A stretch of DNA of 64,000 nucleotides from Okamejei kenojei. Lineage: Eukaryota. The stretch covers positions 27,528,001 to 27,592,000 of the forward strand of contig CM069157.1 of assembly GCA_035221665.1 (NCBI GenBank), read 5' to 3'. Under the pieces are notes generated by a model that saw only the letters and a list, made by a program, of their open reading frames with translations, ran no database searches and had not been told where the DNA came from. Numbering within the stretch: position 1 is the stretch's first letter; every line of letters begins with the position of its first letter. Positions 26,072 through 39,070 of the stretch are shown in pieces. Both the position numbers and the translations under genes were made by a program.

Positions 26072-26212
26072 TTTCTTCTGCTTGCGTGTGGCGTACACAG
26101 CCTAAAGTTGTAGGACAACTTGTTCTATTTGATCTTATTTGATTGTGCACGCAGGGCTGGTTGCATTCAGCGGAACAGAGCGGACCACGTGAAGGCTGCA
26201 ATCTCCCACCCC
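26072..26212 (-). mobile_element. 141-bp non-autonomous Vingi/Ingi-like retroposon
   Basis: Perfect 9-bp TSD agtttcatg (26063-26071 / 26213-26221); 3' ~40 nt match the LINE end at 19699-19740. Confidence 0.85.
26159..26212 (-). ncRNA. Putative HDV-like self-cleaving ribozyme
   Basis: GGGGUGG-GA-GAUUGCA-GCC-UUCACGU-GGU-CCGCUCU-GUUCCGCUGAA-UGCAACC fits P1 (G1-U wobble), P2, P3/L3 and J4/2 of the HDV fold; folded by hand. Confidence 0.65.
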
Positions 26213-28872
26213 AGTTTCATGCTGACTCCTTGCTTCGAAGCAGTAAAGTCACGAATCACACTAAGCTTTCGTGGCTTATCAGCTTGATCTGTCACCTTCA
26301 AAGATTTGTTGATTCTATTCACTGTATCGGACCATTATATTGCTTCATCGTATCCTTTATTGATTGTTATGCTTGTCTTTTAACATAGAACATAGAAAGA
26401 TATAGTCTAAAAAAGGGTCCCGACCCGAAATGTCACCTGCCCATGTTCCCCAGAGATGCTGCCTGACCTGCTGAGTTACTCCAGCACTTTGTGTTCTGGA
26501 AAGGTATAGCACAGGAACAGGCCATTTGGCTCACAATGTCCATAATGCCGAGATAAACTAATCTCCACTGCTTGCAAGTAATATTATCCCTTCATGCCCT
26601 GCATATTCATGTGCCTATCCAAAGGCCTCTCAAATGCCCAGTATCGTATCTGCCTTCACCAAAACGTCACTCATTCCTTGTCTCAAGAGATGCTGCCTGT
26701 CCCGCTGCGTTATTCCAACATTTTGTGTCTATCTTCGGTTCCTTCCTAAACTAAACTAAACTAAACTAAACTCCCTCATAAGGTGATCAATTATATGTCG
26801 ATAAACAGCGTTTACAGGAGGTGTGCAGGGCATGTTTTTTTTACACGGAGTATGGTGGGTGCCTGGAACGCACTGCCAGGGGTGATGGTGGAGGCAGATA
26901 CAAGGGGGGAGTTTAACGGCTTTTAGATAGGGAAATAGATTTGCAAATAATATGGATATCTCCATCACCTGCAGGCAGAGGAGATTACTTTAATGTTTGG
27001 CACGGACATTGTGGGCTGAAGGCCCTGTGCTGGACTGTTCTATGTTTAATGTTCTGGGGGAATCACCAAACACTCTACAATATTATAAGTTCAGCGTTTA
27101 GCAAGGAGATTAGCAGTAGCTGAACCCAATCCAAAATTGCACGCTTTGTAAGAAAGGAGTCCCAACAACTGGACTGCAATACTGCCAGCAACTGGGCTAT
27201 TTTACTTCGGAGTCATGTGAGTGACTTCGTGAAGACCCCGCCAGCAGGCATGCGCGACATATCGTCGCGCGCATTTGCATCGACAAGCTGGAGGGGGGGG
27301 GAGTGCGCTCTCTCTACAGCTCCTTCAACAAGACCGGCAAAAGTAAGTACACTAACCTTTGTTGGTTGCAGGAGGAACGGGAGGGAAGGCAGACTTCCCA
27401 AGAGCTGCGGGTCACCGACAGGCCAGCGGCCACTTTCCCCGCAGCTGCGCGACCCGCCGGCAGCACCGGGAAGATCGGGGGTAAGAATGCAGAAGTCGGG
27501 CGCTCCCGTTACTCCAGCACCCGACTTACCACCTGAAGGGCTTCCCGCACCGGAGCTGGATCCTGCCGACCCAGACTTCGTGCCCCCATCCCCCAGGAAG
27601 CGGGGGTGGGGGGGGGGGGGGGGGTACAGACAGGTACGTGGAAAGGAGCTTCGCTTGTCGCCAGCGACCTCACCCCGAGTTCCAGTAGACCCACGGGGGC
27701 CGGGCCGGGGAACGGCTGTGCTACAGGGGAGCCCAGCAGCCGCAGCACGCCACGTACAACTGCCAGGGATATCTGCCGTGGGGCAGTCTGGCAGATCTAC
27801 TGCTGCATCGAGCAGCCCTGCAGGAGCAGGTGCTGCTGGCATAACACCGCGTCAGGCTGCGGTCAAGGGCGCCGGTGGCAGCAGTAGACGGTCGGTTAGC
27901 TTAGCTCTGGCAGCTGCCGACCATGCGCCTCCACGCAGAAGATTGGGCGATAGTGGAGGTAAGCCTGCACGGACTTCGGGGAGCCAGGTACCGGGGGACC
28001 GGCGCCGACTCATCTCCACTGCCTTCCTACCAGGCAGGTGGACCGCCACAGTCCGCTCAAAGGCCGACTAGCGGAAAGTCCGTGCGGGAGTCGTATGGGC
28101 CTGCAGGAGCGGTAGCCCACGACAACCTACCTTCGGACCCTAGTCTGCATCTTATGGAGGTGTGGTCCGCTGGTAGAAGCCCCAGAGAAATTGCAGAGCC
28201 TGGGGAAGTCGGCTTGTCCGCCGCGAGTAGCGGGGACGGTCGCATTGCCAGGTTGGAGCTCTTGGTGGAGCAACTAGTTCAACGGGATATGGCCCGGGAG
28301 GAACGGGAGTCTCGGGTCTCCACAAGCCACGCCAGGAGACCGCCAAGCATATCGTCTTCTCCAGCCAGACGTACCAGAAGTAGCTGGATGCTGACTATCA
28401 TGACGAACCAGGGATGCCGGAGGCCGGAGAGCCAGGCCTAGGTGCGGACCTGCTGGATGTCGTGGGGGGAAAATTTCCACAGCAACCCACAATGGGGAGC
28501 CGCTGCACCCCAAACTGGCAGGAACCATTGACTATCTGACCACTCACCTGGGTCAGGTAGTCACTGACACCATGGACGCATTCAAACCGCCCGACATCTG
28601 CATCACTTTAAGCGTGCCCATCGAGCCGCAGGATGCCCTGGCACTTCTCTGCAATGTGCAGTTCAAAATTAACTGCCTTCGTAAGAGCTCCATCCGGCCG
28701 ACACTCAACCCGTAATGTGCAGGGTTGTGCCGTCCCTCCACCACTCCACCACCTCATCAGCTGTGGGCCTTATGAAACCTCCACCGGCTAAAGTTCACCC
28801 ATATCAGACGAGGGGGGCACCGCCATGACACCACCGCAATGTTCCCCCAAAACGCAAAGACCACCGTTAACC

Positions 28873-30459
28873 ATGGAGGTAAGGGGGTCTGGTTCCTCTA
28901 AGGCAGTAGCACTTCTACCCGCACAAGTCGGGGGACGGTTGCGAGCATTTCGTGGTGCTTGGGGTGCAATCACCACAGCCACGTTTATTCTACAAAGTGT
29001 TCACGGTTATGTCATAGCATTATTGATGGTAAACTTCCCCCCAACACAGCATGAACCTCGGCGCATTTTACGCTCTCTCAGACTGAGATAAAGGAGGGAC
29101 ATGCTGAAATCTTACGGCAGGCAGCAAAAGGGGTGATTGGCAAAACGACACACGAACCCCTTGAGTTGTGTCTAACATCTTTACAAAAACCAAAAAAGAT
29201 GGGGGGGGGGGGGGGAGTCGGATTATCATAGACCTAACCCTGTTGAACATTTTTTGTACCATATCCCATCTTCACATGGTTACCTTCGAAACAGCCGAGC
29301 AGCTGCCTATACGGGGTGCTTTATGGCTTGCATCAATTTAAAAGATGCATCCTATACAGCCCCCATCACAAAATCTCACAGGAAGTTCCTGAACTTTGTC
29401 TGGAAGGGACAGTTGTGGCAATACAAAGCCTTACCCAATGGGTTACCCACACCCCCAGACTATTTACCAAATTAGTAAAAACCATATTGGCACTCATCCA
29501 ATAACAATTCTATCGTCATGACATATTTAGACGATATCCTTAGCGTGGGACAGACCCTCCAATAGACCAATACGGTTGCCACATTCGGCTAGAGCTGAGC
29601 TACAATGGTGGATTGACTTATTAGTGAGTGTCACAGACCCATCATTGTTAGCAACCCATCCGTCGTGCTACAGACTGACGCAAGCGCACAAGGTTGGGGT
29701 ACAACTGACACCGTGTCCAGTTGTGGTGGCAGATGGGACCCTCACGAGTCTCCGCCCTCCTCCAGACACCAGGGATAACTCATCTGGAGATGTTAGGGGT
29801 TTTCCAGGGACTGCGGGCTTACTGTCCTAATTCACGGCACTTATATGTCCGCCTCCAAACAGATAACACAACGGTGGTGGCTTATATCATTCATATGGGT
29901 GGTATCAGGTCGTTATCTTGGGACGAATTGGCAAATACAATCTGGCACTGGTGCATTGAGAGAAATATTTGGATCACAGCGACCTATTTGCCCTGGAAGT
30001 TCAATACGGTGACGGACACCAGGTCATGAGTGTTCAATGATAACATCGAGTAGATGTTGAATTCCTCAAATTTGCTGAAATTATAGCTCACTTTGGCACG
30101 CCAGATAGTGACCTCTTTGCGTCCAGGTTGAACCATCAGATACCACCGTATGTGTCTTGGGAACCAGACCCTGGGGGAGCTATGGATGTTTTTTCTCTCC
30201 ATTGGGGGGAAATGGTTTTACTACGTATTTCCCCCATTCTGCCTCATCAGTCGGGTATTGCAGAAAATTCAACTGGATTCTGCAACTGGCATTGATCATA
30301 CCCGACTGGCCTACTCAACCATGGTACCCGATGGCCCTCCAAATCTTGCAACGTCCATGGATTCAGTTTGGTAAAAATCCCACATTGATTACTAACCCCA
30401 TTACAGGGGACAGTCACCCGTGCCTTGGTCACCTAAACATGTTGGCCTGCAGGCTCTAA
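28873..30459 (+). pseudogene. DIRS A RT-RNaseH-methyltransferase-like ORF (disrupted, internal deletion)
   Basis: INLKDASY, LWQYKALPNGL, YLDD (~29524), QTDAS, LEMLGV, QTDNTTVVAYI, DLFAS, YVFPPF in shifting frames. Confidence 0.9.
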
Positions 30460-31467
30460 AGAGGCCGCTCGTCAAGGCCGACATATCACCAAGAGCCATG
30501 GACCTTATCTCAGTGTCATGCCGAGCATCAACCAGGAGGCAGTACCTCACCCAGGTCAGGAAGTGGGAGGCATTCCGCTCCCGTAACAACACGACCTACA
30601 ACTCGGCAACAATCCCTGATGTCCTGGAATTCCTAGCGGGCCTTCATTACGATGCGGGCCTTAGCTCCAGTGCCATCAACAGCGCCAGGAGAGCATTATC
30701 CTCATACCTAGACATCGGTATAGGCTCCATCCACCTGGTGTTTAAATTCATGAGGGGAGTGTTTAACACCAACCCTCCACGACCCAGATACAACATCACC
30801 TGGGACGTAGGGATCGTTCTGACCCTACTGAGGAGCTGGTCTCCTATGACAGAGTTACCACTCAATAAGCTCACCCTCAAAGTGGTGATGCTGATGGCAC
30901 TGCCTACAGCTCAACGAGTCCAGGCATTACAAAACCTGCGGCTGGATAGCATGGTCTCCGCCCCTGCAAAGGTGAATTTCTTTGTCCAGGACCTATTGAA
31001 GCAGCACAGACCTGGGGATCGTGGGCAGCAGGTGGAGTTTTGGGCGTACCCCACTGATGCCACCCTCTGCATAGTCACCCATCTCCGCCTCTACATCCGC
31101 ACTACAGGAACCATCCGGAAGATGGAGCAGGGGCTCCTCGTCAGCCACAACTCTACACATCACCCGGTGACTGTGCAGACTATCGCAAGGTGGCTCAGGG
31201 CGGTGTTGGGTACAGCACGAATTGGTACTAACATTTTTTAAATCTCACTCTACCAGGGCTGCATCCACATCAGCGGCGAGGGCCATGGAGGTGCCCATGG
31301 ACCACATGCTCGCCACCGCGGGCTGGGCCAGTGAGGCAACCTTCCAGCGGTTCTACAATAAGCCGCTGGTTGGCCCCGCGACGTTCTCGGAAGCCATGCT
31401 GGGAGCCGCTCCGTCAATGATTTGTCCCCGAATTAGGGGTCTTTTGCTTTGTTCTTATTTGTGTTAA
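30453..31467 (+). pseudogene. DIRS A tyrosine recombinase (frameshift near 31235)
   Basis: AQRVQAL (catalytic R), KSHSTR (HxxR), AGWASEATFQRFY (W, Y). Confidence 0.9.
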
Positions 31468-32649
31468 TGACTGTGCATTATTTTTCAGCCTGTTCAGTCT
31501 GGAATACATTAACTACCTTCCTCCATCAGAATTGCGGCAGTGTGATAGCATGGACGATGTCCAGGGCGTGAAATCACAGAGCTTTGAAATCTTCACGAAG
31601 TCACTCACGTGACTCCGAAGTAAAATAGTAAAATTAAACGAGAACTTACCAAGTTCGAAGGTTGATCTTTATTTTATGAGGAGTCGCGGTGAGGGATTTC
31701 GTGCCCTCCGCTCCCACCCTCTATCATAAGGTCAACTGGTATGTTCTACGTAATTAATCTTACTATTTCCAGGCATCCTGCGTTCTGTGATTCCACACCG
31801 CTGCTTTGAAGAATGTCGCGCATGCGTGCTGGCGGGGTCTTCACGAAATCCCTCACCGCGACTCCTCATAAAATAAAGATCAACCTTCGAACTTGGTAAG
31901 TTCTCGTTTAATCTTACTATTTTAGAAGGTATCTCCTATTAACTGCAGAGCACCGGAAGAAATTCCCCAATAAATGCAGTGGCAAGTCCCCAGAATCTGG
32001 CAATGCAGTACAGGGCAACCCACAATAACTGGGGTGGATGGAAGAAATTATACTTACGTGAATAAGGAAGCAGCAAAGAAAAGAACAGGATACCAATAGA
32101 CGTTAAGGAAACGTATAATAATTTGCAGCAACAGTGATGAATTTCCAAAATAAATGTACAAGCGCATGAGCAACATCTGAACCACAATTGCAAATGCAAC
32201 TACCTGCAATATGCTGCAGGGAATCTCAAACTACTGCACAATTCCAGAAGGCAAACTGCAATATCTGCCTCCCTTTGCAAAAGAATGCCTGATTAATTCT
32301 ACATCAGAAATCACAATATCAGCTGTAAAGTGAAGGAAATGCAAGAGGACTTTCTGCCCAAGACTGGAATCTCCCACTCGTGGGAGTGTTCTGTAGAGAC
32401 TCCTAATTTAATGCTCACTCTGCAGTGGAATCATCAGCAATAAAGAGACAGAAATTTATAAAGAAAACTTCAATAACTGCTTTGATTTTAGAGCATCTCC
32501 AATAAATGCAGCATGTTTGAGGAACTTGAAATAAATCGGTTTTAGCCAAAAGATAGTACAAGAGAAGTTGATGAACTCAAAAGCAAATATATCCAAAGCT
32601 CCTGATGATATACTGTTCTGAAAGAGATGTCTTTGCAGTCATTGGTTTG

Positions 32650-33380
32650 GGGTGGAACAGTAGCTCAGTATTTGCTGCCTGACAGCGCCAGTTCGATCCT
32701 GACTACGGCTGCTGTTTATATGCATGTTCTCCCTGTGACCATGTGGGTTTTCTCCAGGTGCTCCGGTTTCCTCCCGCATACCAAAGACGTACAAGCTTGT
32801 AGGTTATTTGGCATCAATAAAAATTATAAATTGTCCCTAGTGTGTAGGATAGTGCTAGGGTGTGTGTGGTGTACGGACCCGTTGAACCGAAGGGCTTGTT
32901 TTCATGCTATATCTCTAAAATCTAAAGGATGTTTTGATTATCAAAATCTCTGCAGATTTTGGGCTTTCTTATAAATGTAAGCTTCTGTGACTGCGACATC
33001 CACCCTGCAATAGAAACTTTAATAATATGAAAACCGAACAATGAACTGCTCTAAAGGAGTATCTTTACAAGGGCGGCGCAATGGCATAGCTGGTGGAGCC
33101 ACTGCTCACAGCACCAGAGGCACAACGAACCTGACCCCGGGTGCTGTCCGTGTGGAGTTTGCACTTTCTCCCTGTGACTGCGTGGGTTTCCTCCCACAGT
33201 TTTCTCCCACATCCCAAAGATGTGCAGATTTGTAGGTTAATTGACCTCAGTAAATCGCCTCTAGTGTGCACAGGGAGTGATTGAGAAAGTAGGAGAACAT
33301 AGATCTATTGTGAGCGGGTGGTTGTCGGCGTGGTCTCGATGGGACAAAGAGCATGTTTTCATGCTGTATCTTTCAAATAA
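32650..33380 (+). mobile_element. Two HE1-like SINEs (32650-32925, 33070-33380)
   Basis: Head, core and tail similarity to the other copies. Confidence 0.75.
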
Positions 33381-33899
33381 TTAATCAGCCGATCCAGTAG
33401 TTTATTATTCTTGTTCTAAATGGATTCTATAATGTTCTAAATGGATTACTCATAACTGTACTGTTCTGTAAACGAATCTTCATGAATTATAGCTTAATGG
33501 AATGACTGAGCCCTGGTGAAGAGCTCAATCGGGAGAAGATAAAATGGAAGGGAATCCTCCAGTATAATAGTAAACCAGGGATCATTGATTACTAGTCTAC
33601 ACTGTAAATTACTGCAATTCAGCAGGGCAATCCCGCATTCTCGAATGCACTGTGAGAATGCTCGGGTATGTATGAGGAAGGAAGTCTCTATGTGAACTGT
33701 ACCAAGGGTGTATCAATCCCTAGAATCCACCAAGAGGGAATCTCTCAAATAGACAGTACATCATAATCATAATCATAATCATACTTCATTAGCCAAGTAA
33801 GTTTTGCAACGTACGAGGGATTTGATTTGCCATACAGTCGTACCATTAAAAAGCAACAAAACACACAAAATACATTTTAACATTAACATCCACCACAGT

Positions 33900-34032
33900 T
33901 AACAAGTAGGAGTGGCGGCGCTGCCCTGGCAGCAGCGGCTCGCCTGCAGTCCGTCTGTTTTTCTTTTTATTTGTTGTTTTCTTGTCTTGTTTTTAGCGTT
34001 AGTTTGAGTTATTATGTAGTGTATGTGTGTGT

Positions 34033-34066
<34 letters not shown>

Positions 34067-34813
34067 GAGGGGGTGGGAGAAACGTTCTTAGTCTCTTCCT
34101 TTTGGGGGGACGCGACTTTTCTTGTCGTATCCCCTGTCTCCGTCTCCGTCTGCGCTGAGGCCTATCGCGGAGCTGGCGGCCTCCAACTTTAAGTGCGACC
34201 GACACGAGGCTCCGGAGGTAGAGCCAGCCAGGACTTACCAGCGCGGGGCTGGCTGACTTCGGGGCTGCGGCGGGTTCAGGCGTTCCGGCGGCCCGACTCG
34301 GAGCTGTGGCGGCTTTCCGGTGGCGGTGGCGGCGGCAGCGACTTCGGAGGCCCGGCCGCGGGCCCAGTGGACGACATCGTCGGGAGCTCGCAGGTCACAG
34401 GTTGGTGACCTGTTTTTCCGGAGCTCCCGCGGCAACAGCTGCGTCCGCTGGACTGGAGGGCGGCAGCTTCGGCAGCTTTGAACGGCCCAGGCCGTGGAGT
34501 TGAACCGGCCCGCTCGCGGAGCGCGGTTCACCCGCGGGACTTATTTACATCACCCGGTGCGGTCACAACATCGGAGGCCTGGATCGCCTCAGCGAAGAGG
34601 AAGAGGAAGAGGAAGAAGGGAAGAGACAAAGACAAGATTTTTGCCTTCCACCACAATGAGGAGGTGTCTGGTGAACTCACTGTGGTGGATGTTAAATATG
34701 TGTTTATTGTGTGTTTTTGTTATTTACTATATGTATGACTGCAGGCAACGAAATTTCGTTCAGATCGCCAGGTCTGAATGACAATAAAGTTTTCCAAGTT
34801 CCAAGTTCCAAGT
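33900..34813 (+). mobile_element. Non-coding GC-rich retroposon with poly-G run and (TTCCAAG)n tail
   Basis: T-rich 5' part, G-run 34033-34065, 3' stem-loop ttcaga..tctgaa, AATAAA, tandem tail. Confidence 0.7.
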
Positions 34814-35418
34814 GACTCCTCCACATTCCTCACTGTGATGGAAGGTGACAAAAGTTCAACCTCTTCCCTTCTTTGTTCTCCCGCGGTCGGGGGCCTCGAG
34901 CTTGGCTCCCGTAGCCGGCGGCGTTCAGGCCCACCGTGTCGGGGCGATCAAGCTCCTGCATCGGGGGGATGTCAGCTCCCCGCGCTGGGCGATCGACCCC
35001 GGGTCGGGGCTAGTCAAACCTTCTGTGTCATTTGGAGCTTCCCGACATAGGTCTCTACCCGAGACTGCGAGCTCCTTGATGGTGAAATCCGCAGGTCGCG
35101 GTTGGAGCGTTGATCCCAGGCAAGGGATCGGCTCCGATGGTAAGTCCATGCCCCGCGGTGGGGCTCAAAGTCAGTCCCAAGCAAGGACTCCAGCTCCATG
35201 CTGTTAGGCTGCAGAGCAACCGGAGATACGATCCGGAAAACAATCGCATCTCCGGCAAGGTAAGAGACTGAAAAAAAGTTTCCCCCGACCCCTTCCCCCA
35301 CCCCCTACATAAAACAAATCCCCCACAGAGAACAGTAACACAAACTTTTAAAACACACAAAAAATAACACAAAAAATCGAAAAGCCAGACAGACTGTTGG
35401 CGAGGCTGCCATCGTGCG

Positions 35419-35432
35419 GCGCCCCCTGGTGG
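35419..35432 (-). promoter_or_regulatory. CTCF consensus motif CCACCAGGGGGCGC
   Basis: Exact match to the core CCASYAGRKGGCRS; binding not shown. Confidence 0.4.
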
Positions 35433-35459
35433 TATATATCGTTAAGAAATTATTGATTA

Positions 35460-36495
35460 CTGGGAAAGGTTGAGAAGGCTGGGACTCTATTCCTTGGAGC
35501 GCAGGGGGATAAGGGATGATCTTATTGAGGTGTATAAAATCATGAGAGGAATAGATTGGGTAGATGCATAGAGTCTCTTGCCCAGAGTAGGGGAATCGAG
35601 GACCAGAGGACATAGGCTTAAGGTGAAGGGGAAAAGATTTAATAGGAATCTGAGGGGATCACCTTTTCACAAAGGGTGGTGGGTGTATGGAACATGCTGC
35701 CAGAGGAGGTAGTTGAGGCTGGGACTATCCCAACATTTAAGAAACAGTTAGACAGGTACCTGGATAGGACAGGTTTCGAGGGATATGGACCAAACGCGGG
35801 CAGGTGGGACTAGTGTAGCTGAGACATGTTGGCCGGTGTGGGCAAGTTGATCCGAAAGGCCTATTTCCACACTGTATCACTCACTCTATGACTATGCCTC
35901 TACGGTTAGTCACTGGGACATCCCCATTAAGTGAAGAACACAACCTTTAGGGTAGACACAAGATGCTGAAGTAATTTGTGTGTGTCATGTCTTCCTTCCT
36001 CTGGAAGCACAGATGCTGAAGCGAGCTTAACAAAATAGATTCACCAGATTCAATGCTGGGATGACATATGAGGAGAGATGAGGAGAGATTAAGCACACTG
36101 GGTCTACAGTCTCTGGAGATGAGGAGAATGAGAGGTGGTCTCATTGAAAAATGGGGCATGATTGGATGGTGGGGTGGGGGCAGGGGGGTGGAGATACTGC
36201 TTCCTCTGGCAATGCTGGATCAAAATTAGGGGTCAGCTATCCAGGGTCGAAATGGGAATAAATGTCTTCATCCTGAGAGAAGTGAAAGTTTGGAATTCTC
36301 TGCCCAAGAAGCCTTTGCAGGTTCAGTCACTGATTATATTCAAAACAGAATGCGATAGATTTTTTACATATGCAGGAAATTAGAGTTGATGCAGGAGATT
36401 GCTGCTGGGGTAAAAGGGAAAACCACCTTATTGAATGTTGAGTGGCACTAGGGAGTGAATCACACACTCCGGTCTCTGTTTCATATCTTCTTATG
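35460..36495 (+). mobile_element. Two CR1 LINE 3' fragments (35460-35895, ~36030-36495)
   Basis: RLGLYSLE..RDDLIEVYKI, TRGH and VWN.LP motifs. Confidence 0.8.
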
Positions 36496-36568
36496 TACTA
36501 GCAAGTTCCCAGTAACAGAGGCAACTCACAAGGGAATCCCCATTAGTTGGAGCCCCGACAAGGGGATA

Positions 36569-37005
36569 CAGATGCTCCACAACGTTCGTGAAGGGCCTGT
36601 CCCACTTTCAGGACCTAATTCACGACCTTTTTAACTCGTCGACATTTTTCATCAGGCTAGAAAAAACGCACCGACCTACTTGATGCCACGAGTACCTACG
36701 ACTAGCATCATGACCTCCTACGACCTCATGACGACCATGCTGCGAGTATGAGTCAAGGGCAAACTCGGCAGAAGTTGTGAATTAGGTCGTGAAAGTGGGA
36801 CAGGCCCTTTGGGGTTACATCCCGCGGGCCCTTGCGTAAGTCGGAAACAGAAGTGCTACTGCGCATGTGAAAATGTACTATTCAACGTGGAGATGACAGG
36901 GGCGCTCCGACACGGAGACCACGTGGGCGTCAGTGGGCTTAAAGAATTACTTACGTAAGCGCGAGTTTACGTAAGTCGCCTGTTACGTACGTCGGGGAGC
37001 ACCTG
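36569..37005. mobile_element. Tigger/pogo-like (MER47-type) non-autonomous element hosting MITE copy 4
   Basis: TA|cagatgctccacaacgttcg ... cgtacgtcggggagcacctg|TA; repeated cgtaagtcg motifs. Confidence 0.7.
36591..36809. mobile_element. MITE with AAGGGCCTGTCCCACTT TIRs (copy 4)
   Basis: aagggcctgtcccactttca ... tgaaagtgggacaggccctt; inverted relative of 38834-39070. Confidence 0.9.
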
Positions 37006-37824
37006 TACTCACTGGGATCTACTGGCTACTCCAGCAACTGGACTTCACTCTGAGGAAGCCCCCAATATCTGAGACAAACTATCTAATCGGTAATAACATC
37101 ACCAAGTAATCCAGAAGCACTGCACAGTTCTACCCAAAATAAGTGTATCCCATATAAATCTAATCCTCAAACATACTAGCTCCCTTTGCCCAATAACTAC
37201 ACCACCTGCAATGAGATCCCACACTACTGTAACGTTGCAAGAAAATTGGCATTGAATCCTCAACAGCCACGTGGAATCCCTGCAGCTCGCGCTCATGATG
37301 AGATACTATCTAGGGAATCCCCAATCCATGAAGCATGAATGGATGTCAGCTCTCCGTAATAACGTCCCAAATGATTCCTGCATTCTGTGCTAGAATCCAC
37401 AGCAGATACAAATGACTACTTGATTAAATCCACAATGATGACAACTCTCCATAATGGATTACCTAATTACCACTGCAATCTATAATGGTATCCACATTTC
37501 CAACAACATCTTATAATGGAAGTGAAACTCAATACAGAAGGGAAATCATAATCAAGGCAATATTCTTTGCATACTTTAATGACATCCACTAACTCAAGCA
37601 ATCTTGGATAGAAGATCCAATATCCTAGGTTTACCATTAAGGAGTCCTCAATAACTGTGACATTGTGTGATGGGACTCCCATTGACTTCAGAAGGTATAT
37701 TGGATTCTCTAACCCTAGAGCATGGAACATGGAACTGTACAGCACGGGAACAGGCCCTTCAGCCCACCATGTCAGTGCTGAACATGATGCAAAGATAAAT
37801 CAATCCATATTCCTCCTTTTCATG

Positions 37825-38045
37825 TGTAGGAAGGACCTGCAGATGCTGCTTTAAGCCAAAGGTAGACACAAAATGCTGGAGAAAGTAAATGGGTTAGACA
37901 GCATCTCCAGAGAAAAGGAAAAGGTGACATTTTGGGGTGAGACCCTGCTTCTTCAGCCTGAAGCACAGTCTCGACCTGAAACGTCACCAATTTATTTTCT
38001 CCAGAGATCGGTCTGACCCGCTGAGTTACTCCAGCATTTTGCCTC
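37825..38045. mobile_element. Back-to-back Penelope pLTR-end palindrome
   Basis: Inverted arms meeting at cttcag/ctgaag. Confidence 0.7.
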
Positions 38046-38833
38046 CATCCTTTTCATACTCATTACATAGAGGAGTACAGCACAGGAGCAGGCCCATCGG
38101 CCGACGCTGTCTGTGCTGGATATGACGCCAAGATAAATTAATCCATACACCCTCCTTTTCATTCCCCTTACAAAGAGTAGTACTGTACAGGAAACAGGCC
38201 CTTCGGCCCACAATGTCCATTGCCAGACATGATGCCAAGATAAACTAGTCTCCTCAGCTTGCATGTGATCCAGTCCCTCCATTCCCTGCCTATCCATGTG
38301 CCCATCTAAAATGCCAGCACATCAGTGCACAACAAACTGCCAATAACTGCAACACTCCCCAGAGGAATCTCTAATGATGACACCAATCTGTGGCAGGAGG
38401 GCCAACAATTGCACCAGCCTGTTCCAGAATGATCGACAACTCCAGCGCTCCAGACAGCATTCTTTACACACCACCCATAAAACCTCCACAGTTGTACAAA
38501 GCCACTCTCAACAGAGGCGTTGTGGACCATCCAGCATCAATGGCTGTTCAGCACCAGAACTGAAAGCTCAATGACTGCAGCTTTCCATAAGGTGACTGCC
38601 AATTACTCTGTGGAATCCCCAATCAATGAGGATTTCCACTCAGACGTGGATTGCAGCATTATTAGAATTAACACTAATAGAAATATAGTATATATAGTAT
38701 ATAATAGTACTATAATTATGTAAGTATTTATCATATATCATATCATACATCATAAAAATTATGATGGCATACACAGCAGTTATCTTACTCACTCCCTGCA
38801 GCTTTCTTTAGACACAATAGCTGCATTACTCTT

Positions 38834-39070
38834 AAGGGCCTGTCCCACTTTCACGACCTCTGCCGAGGTTGCCCTTGACTCATACTCGCAGCATGGTCGT
38901 CACGAGGTCGTAGGAGGTTGTAGGAGGTCGTAGGTAGGTCGTAGCAGGCTGTGATGCTAGTCGTAGGTACTCGCTGCATCAAGTAGGTCGGGCCGTTTTT
39001 CTAGCATGATGAAAAATATCCACAAGTAAAAAAGGTTGTGAATTAGGTCGTGAAAGTGGGACAGGCCCTT
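38834..39070. mobile_element. MITE with AAGGGCCTGTCCCACTT TIRs (copy 5)
   Basis: tt|aagggcctgtcccactttcacgacc ... ggtcgtgaaagtgggacaggccctt|aa. Confidence 0.92.

Larger units (their letters stand above)
27199..31923 (+). mobile_element. DIRS1-like tyrosine-recombinase retrotransposon, copy A (decayed)
   Basis: ITRs 27226-27260 / 31813-31847; ICR 31590-31703 complementary to both ends; ctATTTT at both junctions; RT, RNaseH, MT and YR remnants. Confidence 0.95.
33760..35435 (-). mobile_element. Non-coding GC-rich retroposon split by a related + strand element
   Basis: (ATCATA)n tail at 33760-33785; ccaccacagt (33899) rejoins gactcctcc (34814); the 5' part matches 8985-9478. Confidence 0.7.

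Noticed and set aside
27213-28441. Overlapping GC-rich ORFs as separate genes
   Set aside because: They are the frameshifted ORF1 region of DIRS copy A and its antisense shadows.
34033-34065. Poly-G/C runs as functional G-quadruplex elements (also ~17625-17685, 27602-27624)
   Set aside because: Homopolymer lengths are error-prone and most lie within repeats; there is no independent support.
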